A stretch of 29,865 bases of DNA from a virus. Its lineage: Duplodnaviria; Caudoviricetes. The notes beneath the pieces are model-generated. The model had not been told where the DNA came from, did not search any database, and saw only the letters and a list, made by a program, of their open reading frames with translations. Positions 23,100-29,865 of the stretch are shown here, piece by piece (positions within the stretch are counted from its first letter, which is position 1; each line of letters opens with the position of its first letter). The stretch covers positions 1-29,865 of IMG/VR virus record IMGVR_UViG_3300030010_000013; one strand, 5' to 3'. A program made the position numbers and the translations under genes.

Positions 23100-24371
23100 T
23101 TACGCCAGCTGTCCGTTGACGTTCCAGCCGGGCGCCTTGCAGCTGAAATTCATGTACTCGCCGACCCTCGACTCGTAGGCATCCGCGAGCTCGGCGACCT
23201 TGATGATCGAGCCGGCCCTCTTCTGCAGGAAGTTCGGCGCGGCGCCGGCCGAGAACATGGTGATGGTGTCCATCGACAGCATCCACACGCGCTTGGTCTG
23301 GCAGCACCGGTCCGAGTAGATGGTGAGCTCGTGGCCCTCCATCGTGACTTGCCAGCCGCGGTAGCCGATGTCGGCCATCTTCTTGCCGCCGTAGCCGGCC
23401 GCCTGGTCGACGACCCACTTGCCCTCGAGCTGCTTCGTGAGCGAGCCGAGCGCGCGCGGGTTCGCGAACACGACGTCAGGCTCGCCGCCGATGTTGTCCA
23501 CCTCCTGCACCATGTCGACGAGGAGCTCGTGGATGGGCCGGGAGTCGGTCCCGTCGACTCGGATGCCGCCCAGGAGCTCGGGCTCGGGCGACCTGTCGAC
23601 GTTGTAAAACAGCGTGCTGGTCGGTGCGGTGTCGGGGAACCAATCGATGAGGCCGGCCGGAGCGAGGCCGTTGGTGGCCGCCGCGTTGGTGATGGCATCG
23701 CCGTTCAAAAATACGAAGTCGTTCGTCGCCGCGGTGGCGATGCCCGTCGAGATGTTTGCCGTGAACGTGATGGTTCCGGCGCTGCGCTGAACCGAGGCGA
23801 CGACGAGCGTCCCGGTCTTGATGGTCTGGATGGTATCACCGGCACCGGCGCTCAAAATCACCGTGTCGTTCTTGACCAGACCCCACGTGCCAGCCGCATC
23901 GTCGAGCGTCATGACCGTGGTCGCGAACGACGTGTTGGTCATGCGGCCGATGTGGCCCGAGCGCGAGCGGAAAAACCTGAAATTCAGGTAGTTTCCTTCG
24001 GCCTGCATCAACTTGTCGAACTCGTCGAAGGCCGGTTCGAACGCGTCCATGTCGCCGTCCGCCGTCGCTTCGATGGTCTCGTTGTCGACGCGGCCGATGC
24101 GGTAGTGGCGCGCGCGTTTGACCTGAAATGCGGCGTATTGCGATGCGTTGGTGCCGGTCAGCGCGTTGAGCGCCGTCGCGAACACCGAGGCGCCGCCGCC
24201 GGGCAGCGTGGTCTGGATGGGCTGCACCCATTCGCGACCGCCACCGGGCTTCCGGTTGGACTTGTTGACCATACCCAGCGCCTTGTTCTTCTGGTAGGCG
24301 AGGTTGGCCACGACTCCAGGAGCGTAGTGCTCCTTGAGCATTGGGTCGAAAGACGTGAGGTCGAGTGCCAT
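23100..24371 (-). CDS. major capsid protein
   Basis: 423 aa, strong codon bias, follows portal and scaffold; LKE.Y, P.GL..W and C-terminal ...C.APGWN pattern; GGAG SD. Confidence 0.85.
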   Translation of the reverse strand: MALDLTSFDPMLKEHYAPGVVANLAYQKNKALGMVNKSNRKPGGGREWVQPIQTTLPGGGASVFATALNALTGTNASQYAAFQVKRARHYRIGRVDNETIEATADGDMDAFEPAFDEFDKLMQAEGNYLNFRFFRSRSGHIGRMTNTSFATTVMTLDDAAGTWGLVKNDTVILSAGAGDTIQTIKTGTLVVASVQRSAGTITFTANISTGIATAATNDFVFLNGDAITNAAATNGLAPAGLIDWFPDTAPTSTLFYNVDRSPEPELLGGIRVDGTDSRPIHELLVDMVQEVDNIGGEPDVVFANPRALGSLTKQLEGKWVVDQAAGYGGKKMADIGYRGWQVTMEGHELTIYSDRCCQTKRVWMLSMDTITMFSAGAAPNFLQKRAGSIIKVAELADAYESRVGEYMNFSCKAPGWNVNGQLA

Positions 24372-24417
24372 TCTGAGGTCTCCATCACGAGGATGCCGAC
24401 CTGGTCACACGCGCCGA

Positions 24418-25635
24418 TTACTCGTCGGCTGGCCTCGTTGCGAACGCGGCGCGCATCTTGCGCCGGCTCGCAGCTCGGTGGGCCTCCATCGAGAACTTGC
24501 CGTCAACCAGAGCGGAATTGCTCGGAGGCGGAGTCGTCGTGGCTGACGCCTGGGCGTTCGTGACGGCGCGCGTGCTGCGAATGGCCTGGGCAGCTCCTGG
24601 TGCTCGCGTCGCGTTCGTCGCAGGTGCTGCCGGCTGAGCCGGGGCCGCGGTGAACAGGTGCTTCCGCTTGTCGTGCCAAGCGGTGCTTTGCTTCTGCAGG
24701 TGGTCGTTGGCCCGTCGCGCTGCCTCGACCCAGTGGATTTGCTTGCCCTCGGTCTTGAGGACGTGGGTGTAGACGTCGACGATGAGCGAGGCGCCGTCCT
24801 CTTCCGCGGCGAGCCATGGGAACGCCGACGTGTGCTCTGGGGTGGCGAGAGCCTGGCCGATCGCCCGCTCTGCCATCTGGCGCTGGCGTTGGGTCTCCTG
24901 CTCTTGCGCTCGAGCGTTCATCTGCTGTTCGCGGGTGCCGACCTTCGCGAGCTCGCGCTTGGCCTGCTTCAGGACGCGCTTGCCCTCGAGGGCCTGCCGA
25001 GTTGCATCCGTGAGCGGCACTCCGAGCATCTGCGAGAGGCTGGTGATGAGATCTCCCACCTCAGCCTTCACGTCGTCGTCGGTCGCGGCCCCGGTCCATT
25101 TCTTCAGGAGCTCCACGACCGCCGCATTGGGGTCGGTGAAGTACCTGTCGCCGAGCGCAGCGATGTCGCCGGTGCGCGCCTGCTCCTCGACCTGGGCGGC
25201 GCGCTTGTCGAGCTCATCGCGGACCGCGGCTAACTTGCGGCGCTCCTCGACCACGCCAGGGTCCAGGGAAGGTGCCGGGGCTGCAGCGGGGGCGGTCGGC
25301 GCCGCGGGTGCGTGCGAGGGGGCCGCCGGCTGACCTGCGGCGGATGCCGCTGCGGGCCCCGACGGGTCCGATTCTACCTCGAGCGCAGGCTCCATGTCAC
25401 CATCGCCGTAGTCGCCGAGCTGGGGTTTCAGCGCAGCGGCGGCCTTGGCGAACAGCTGGCGCGTCTTGTCGCTGACCGAACGCCCGCTGCGGCGCGATCC
25501 CTGCGCGTCCGAGAAGCTCTCGGAGCCGCCTTCGATGGCATCGCTCGGGTCTGAGTCATCGCCCGAGGTCTGGCCTTCGGGCAGGTCGTCGGCCACGTCG
25601 ATCGTGGCCACCAAGTCGTCGTTGTCGTCGCTCAC
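24418..25635 (-). CDS. capsid scaffolding protein
   Basis: Acidic disordered N-terminus, coiled-coil middle, basic C-terminal helix; directly upstream of the capsid gene. Confidence 0.7.
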   Translation of the reverse strand: MSDDNDDLVATIDVADDLPEGQTSGDDSDPSDAIEGGSESFSDAQGSRRSGRSVSDKTRQLFAKAAAALKPQLGDYGDGDMEPALEVESDPSGPAAASAAGQPAAPSHAPAAPTAPAAAPAPSLDPGVVEERRKLAAVRDELDKRAAQVEEQARTGDIAALGDRYFTDPNAAVVELLKKWTGAATDDDVKAEVGDLITSLSQMLGVPLTDATRQALEGKRVLKQAKRELAKVGTREQQMNARAQEQETQRQRQMAERAIGQALATPEHTSAFPWLAAEEDGASLIVDVYTHVLKTEGKQIHWVEAARRANDHLQKQSTAWHDKRKHLFTAAPAQPAAPATNATRAPGAAQAIRSTRAVTNAQASATTTPPPSNSALVDGKFSMEAHRAASRRKMRAAFATRPADE

Positions 25636-25919
25636 AACGGGCCTCTCACGCCATGGAACGTGGAGCTTCCGCCACGCGGAAGTACATTGAGATGGACGAT
25701 CACCGGCTCGGGGTCATCAAAATTTGCTACGAGACGCGTGTTCGGGCCAGTCGGCTGACCCTGACGGCGAGGCCAAGGTCTTGCCTCCATGGCCCCCGGG
25801 ATGTCGTCCTCGATCACCGGGTCGGCATACACGCCATGCTCACGTTGGGGCGGGAGAACGATGCAAGTCTCGTCATCGCTCCACTCATCGTAGTCAACCA
25901 CGCCATTTTCTCTACTCAT
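25632..25919 (-). CDS. hypothetical protein (95 aa, MSRENGVVDYDEW...)
   Basis: ATGA overlap with the portal stop and GTGA overlap with the scaffold start. Confidence 0.6.
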   Translation of the reverse strand: MSRENGVVDYDEWSDDETCIVLPPQREHGVYADPVIEDDIPGAMEARPWPRRQGQPTGPNTRLVANFDDPEPVIVHLNVLPRGGSSTFHGVRGPL

Positions 25920-27964
25920 GCCATTGCTCCTGGCATCCCTGGAGGCATCGGCATTGGACCTTGCGGCATCGGCCCGGGCGGTCCGCCCGGCGGGATGCCT
26001 GGTGCCGGTGGGCCGCCGGCGCCGAGGCCGGGCTGCAAGGTCATCGCGTTCGGCTGCGTCGTGGTCTGCACGCTTTGCGCGCCGGGCAAGCTTGGCGAAC
26101 TCGCGCCGGACGCCGCCATGTCCATCTCGCGCTTGAGCAGCTCCATCCAATCGCGGTAGCGCTGAAGCTCCGAATCATCGGCACCGCACGCCATCGCCTC
26201 GTTGTATTCTCCCTTCGCGAGTAGGAGGCCGAGGGAGAGATTCATGTGCTCGTCAGGCTGCAGGTCGTAGAGCGGGATGCGCGAGTCGGCGAGGCCCTCC
26301 ATGATCCGCTGCAGGTTGTGGAGCGGTCCGAGCACGGACCGGTTCATCCGCTGCAGATCTGGCTCGTCGAACCCGTCGGCGACGACGGACGGGTCAGGGA
26401 TGAGCCCGTTCTTGCTGAGGGACTCGATGTACTCGAGCCGGCCTCCGCGCGTTCCCGGGATGAAATTCTCAGGCTCCATGTACAGGTGGTAGTCGCCGCC
26501 GTCGATGTCGACCTTCCCCCAGTCGGTCTCGCGGATCCAGGTGGCGAGCTCCTTGGGGGCGAGGTCTCCGGTTCCGGAGTGGGCCTCGTTGTACATGGCG
26601 CGCGCCTCGTCGATCTGCGCCTGGGCGAGATCGCAGATGGCTGCCTTCCATCCAGCCTCGACGTGAGCGAACCGGTCGCTCTGGATGTCGTCCATCGAGT
26701 CGATCGCCTTGCCGCTGGCGTTGCTGCCGAGCACGTTTTTGCTCGCTGCCGCCATCTGCCCGATTCCGCTGATCTCGTACGCGCGGTTGATGTACCAGTC
26801 GAGTAGCTGTAACGCCTGAGCGACCTGCGGGTTGGGCTGGAGGAACTGAGGCATGGCTCCGTCGTACTCGACGGTGACCGGATGCCGCGCCTTCAGATGG
26901 TGCTTGTTGATGTTCGACGTGCGCGCGGTGAACAGCTTGAGTGCGGACGACCAGTAGTGGCCTTCTTGCGAATCCTGGGCTACGCGGTTGACGAGCGCCT
27001 GGATGCCGCAGAGGTCCTCGACCAGGCCCTGGCCCCACATCTCGTCGATAGGAGCCGACCAGTGGCAGAACACGAGCGGGAACCGGGGGCGCCTCCACTC
27101 CTCGCGGAGAAGCACCAGGCCGCGGATCGCGATGACGTGACATCCGTCGTCCGCGTCCGGACCGCTGGGTAGATGCCAGATGTCGGCGACCTCGACGTGG
27201 TCGTTGTAGCCCGGACCGTCGTAGGCGTAGGCCATCCACGCGTCGCTTGCCTCGTAGGTGGAAGCGCTCTCGATTTGCTCCTCGAATTGTTCGAATTGTT
27301 CGCAGAGCACGCTCTTGGGGATGGGCTTGACGTGCGCCAGGCAGCGCGGCATCCCGTATCGGGCCTCGCGCGGGTCGTGCACGATCTCGTAGCGCGGCAC
27401 GTGATCGACGTCGGTGTCTCCGCCATTACGAACGACCTTCCAGACCGCGGTGCCGCGGATGAGCATCGCCCTGATCACGTCCGGCTTGAGCCGCTCGATC
27501 TTCGCGGCTCCCATCTTCCGTCGGATGACCCGGCTGACGCGCTTGGCGAACAGCTTCTCGCTCCACGCTGCATCATCCGCGCTGATAACCGGCATGGTGC
27601 GGCTCTTGGTGAGCCGCGCGGTTGCCGTGTCCACCATGGACCGAGCGATGTTCAGGTTCGCCGGCGACTTCGAGCTCTGGCGTAGCCACGCCTGTTCGTC
27701 GTTGCCCAGCGCGCCGAGCGGCCGGCCCTTGTAGATGGCCTCGTGCAGCATGTCGCGTAGGCCCGAGATGCGTCGACGCTGGCGGAGCCGGTCGATCCAC
27801 GTCCAGACCGAGTTGGCGATGGTCGCCTGCTCGGCGTCCTGGCCCTCTGGCAGCATCCAGAACCTGGTTGCCACCTCGCGCTCGCCTGATTCCTCGGAGG
27901 GGCGCCGAGCCCGAATCGCCGGGGTCGCCTTGGCATTGCGCTTACCCTGGGTATGTCTGGCCAC
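25916..27964 (-). CDS. portal protein (podovirus/P22-like)
   Basis: 682 aa; N...S.VDT....L, FP.V...W......WG.GLVE.L..IQ..VN, SG.AI; Pro/Gly/Met-rich tail; follows the terminase. Confidence 0.85.
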   Translation of the reverse strand: MARHTQGKRNAKATPAIRARRPSEESGEREVATRFWMLPEGQDAEQATIANSVWTWIDRLRQRRRISGLRDMLHEAIYKGRPLGALGNDEQAWLRQSSKSPANLNIARSMVDTATARLTKSRTMPVISADDAAWSEKLFAKRVSRVIRRKMGAAKIERLKPDVIRAMLIRGTAVWKVVRNGGDTDVDHVPRYEIVHDPREARYGMPRCLAHVKPIPKSVLCEQFEQFEEQIESASTYEASDAWMAYAYDGPGYNDHVEVADIWHLPSGPDADDGCHVIAIRGLVLLREEWRRPRFPLVFCHWSAPIDEMWGQGLVEDLCGIQALVNRVAQDSQEGHYWSSALKLFTARTSNINKHHLKARHPVTVEYDGAMPQFLQPNPQVAQALQLLDWYINRAYEISGIGQMAAASKNVLGSNASGKAIDSMDDIQSDRFAHVEAGWKAAICDLAQAQIDEARAMYNEAHSGTGDLAPKELATWIRETDWGKVDIDGGDYHLYMEPENFIPGTRGGRLEYIESLSKNGLIPDPSVVADGFDEPDLQRMNRSVLGPLHNLQRIMEGLADSRIPLYDLQPDEHMNLSLGLLLAKGEYNEAMACGADDSELQRYRDWMELLKREMDMAASGASSPSLPGAQSVQTTTQPNAMTLQPGLGAGGPPAPGIPPGGPPGPMPQGPMPMPPGMPGAMA

Positions 27965-27972
27965 TCGGGTAG

Positions 27973-28001
27973 AGGATTCAACCCTGGGTCACAGAAGTCA
28001 A
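27973..28001 (-). promoter_or_regulatory. possible promoter for the portal-capsid genes
   Basis: TTGACT-N17-AATCCT-N8-GTG in the only sizeable gap here; flanked by two TGAATCC direct repeats. Confidence 0.35.
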
Positions 28002-28007
28002 GCGGAT

Positions 28008-28247
28008 TCAGTCCTCTTCGTCGTACACGTCCTCGGCCTTCGTCTCCTGCTCCACTGCCGCCAGGAGCTCGCCGCCGAACTGCTGGTAAAGGCCTTGCTT
28101 CGCCTCGGCCTCAGAAGGAAGCGGATCTGACGCTGGAATCATGGCGGTGATCTCGAGCTCCACCGCACCTACCCGCAGTCGAGCAAGCACTACCCCTTGC
28201 TTGCGCGCCCACAGCACGAGGTCCTTTGCGTCATCGATGTCAGCCAT
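28008..28247 (-). CDS. hypothetical protein
   Basis: 79 aa between terminase and portal; acidic C-terminus. Confidence 0.7.
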   Translation of the reverse strand: MADIDDAKDLVLWARKQGVVLARLRVGAVELEITAMIPASDPLPSEAEAKQGLYQQFGGELLAAVEQETKAEDVYDEED

Positions 28248-28261
28248 GGGCTACGGTACCA

Positions 28262-29865
28262 CTAGCTGTAGTCCTCGTCGGGGTCGAACGTCTGATCCTC
28301 GAGCGCCTGCTCCTCTCGCAGGTGCGCGGTGAGCGACCCGGGCTCCGCCGGCTTGAGCTCGGGTCGCCACCGGTACTGGTAGCTGTGCCGGTGCCCGTAG
28401 AGCGCGCCGTCGCAGGCGTGGTTCTGCATCGTGGGGTCCTCGAGCATCTTGCCGCATGCGTCGACGATTTTGGTCAGCCATTGGAGCTGGGCCATCTCTT
28501 CGTAGAGCACGCCGCCGTCGCGCAGCGCGATGCCGCCGGTGACGATGTCGCCGTTCAGGACCTCGATGGCCGTGTGCTTGTGCTGCTTCTCGGCCTCGAC
28601 GATGGGGAGTTGGTACCTCTCGACCCACTCCTTCGACCAGCCGACCCCCGTGCTCTTGGCCGGGCCGCCGGCATCCACCACGGTGATGGCCAGCGCGACG
28701 ACCGCGCGCACCGCGTGGAGCACCGCGGCCTGTTGGTTCGCGTCGAGGTGCGTCTTCTTCCAGCTCGCCACCTCGTAGAGCCGCTTGTCGTGGGTGTGCC
28801 AGCCCCACAGCACGAAGGCGAACGGATCGGGGTAGTAGCCCAGGTCAGCGCCGAGCGCGAACACCCCCTCGCGCCAGTCCCATGGTAGGTCGCCGAGCGC
28901 GCGCAGAATGTCGGGGAACCCGTCCTCGCGGTACCGCGGCGGCGCATAGAACAGCGATTCGGTGGGTACTTTGTGCACGTGGTAGACGAACGCTGCATCC
29001 TCGCGCACCCACTGGCCGAATCCCTCGCGCTGCATCATCGGCGAGTCCATCGGGGCGACCAGCGGACCGCCCAGGAGCGTCTGCAGTGCTTCCATCCCCA
29101 TCCGCCACCGCGCGCCGGCCACCGCCGCCGGCATCTCGCTGGGAGCGTGCGGACCGCTCACCATCTCGTCTCGCGCTCCCCACACGACGTAGCGCCCCTT
29201 GGTTCGCCCCCAGTAGGGGTTCTCGAGGAGGTTGCTGTGGTGCACCGACCAGCCGGGCGCGCGGCGCTCGAGATCCGGACGACTTGCCCCGTAGAACAGC
29301 CCGGCCATCTGCCTGACCGCGGTGCCGGTCATGGTGAACCTGCCCTTGAAATCAAGCAGGGCCGGCATGAACACCTCCTGGATGCTCGGAGCCAGCTTGC
29401 TCGGGATCTTCTGCGCCTCGTCCCACCACACGCGGTGGTAGGCGCCGCCGAGCGCGCGCCGCAGCTTGGGCTCGTCGTCGGCGCCGCGCAGGTAAATCCA
29501 GCTATCGAGCTCCGGGCAGCTGATGGTCAAGTCGCCGCGGTCCAGCTTGACGCGGCCCTTCTCGGCGAGGCCAAGCTGGTTGATGAGAGGCTCGAACCCG
29601 TCGGCCCGGTTCCCCCACCATGCGATTCGCTCCGCCTCCGCCGAGGTCGAGTTGATGTAGAGCTGTCGGCCGCCAGGGATGCGCAGGAGGTCGCGGATCA
29701 TCGCGCGCACGCCCGCGCGGGTCTTGCCGATGCGCCTGCCGCCCTGCCAGCATACGAGCTGCGCGGGATCGTCCCAGGCCGCGCGCTGGGTCGGGTACCA
29801 CTCGTCGCACAACGCATCGGCCGCACGACCAGCTGCAAGGCGCTCGCGGCGCGCTGCAAGTAGCT
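28262..29865 (-). CDS. terL: terminase large subunit (5'-truncated by the window edge)
   Basis: Walker A GGRRIGKT, Walker B VWWDEAQ, coupling motif MTGT, nuclease motifs GADLG / VVDAGG / NHACDGALY; the frame stays open to the right edge. Confidence 0.92.
   Translation of the reverse strand, partial: LLAARRERLAAGRAADALCDEWYPTQRAAWDDPAQLVCWQGGRRIGKTRAGVRAMIRDLLRIPGGRQLYINSTSAEAERIAWWGNRADGFEPLINQLGLAEKGRVKLDRGDLTISCPELDSWIYLRGADDEPKLRRALGGAYHRVWWDEAQKIPSKLAPSIQEVFMPALLDFKGRFTMTGTAVRQMAGLFYGASRPDLERRAPGWSVHHSNLLENPYWGRTKGRYVVWGARDEMVSGPHAPSEMPAAVAGARWRMGMEALQTLLGGPLVAPMDSPMMQREGFGQWVREDAAFVYHVHKVPTESLFYAPPRYREDGFPDILRALGDLPWDWREGVFALGADLGYYPDPFAFVLWGWHTHDKRLYEVASWKKTHLDANQQAAVLHAVRAVVALAITVVDAGGPAKSTGVGWSKEWVERYQLPIVEAEKQHKHTAIEVLNGDIVTGGIALRDGGVLYEEMAQLQWLTKIVDACGKMLEDPTMQNHACDGALYGHRHSYQYRWRPELKPAEPGSLTAHLREEQALEDQTFDPDEDYS

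Noticed and set aside
1-29865. Firm host assignment and prophage versus free phage status
   Set aside because: High GC and lipoprotein/spanin-like genes only hint at a high-GC diderm host; no host genes, integrase or att sites are visible.

Overview
High-GC tailed dsDNA phage or prophage segment (Caudoviricetes) with podovirus-like organisation; no tape measure, tail tube or integrase is visible in the window. A long, tightly coupled minus-strand morphogenesis operon runs from the right edge to about 5.9 kb: terminase large subunit (5'-truncated), portal, scaffold, major capsid, adaptor, fibre-like protein, tail nozzle, three probable ejection proteins, LamG-like and beta-helix receptor-binding candidates, and holin-like genes. 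One ejection protein has a peptidase S74 domain and another an embedded R-S-ExE ADP-ribosyltransferase. An antisense lipoprotein moron interrupts the operon. The left 6 kb holds a plus-strand YqaJ/HTH/RecT/VRR-NUC recombination module, a stand-alone amidase, and small genes driven by divergent, apparently leaderless promoters sharing a GTATTGAC motif. The most unusual region is 1-1780 (minus strand): a His-motif protein with a Zn-finger-like insert, then an intergenic predicted H-type pseudoknot fused to a tRNA-like element with a CGU-centred hairpin, then a DUF6745-type gene with 59 in-register Ala-Thr-X-Z repeats that almost all use the ACG codon. All family assignments come from motif recognition by eye; no searches were run.
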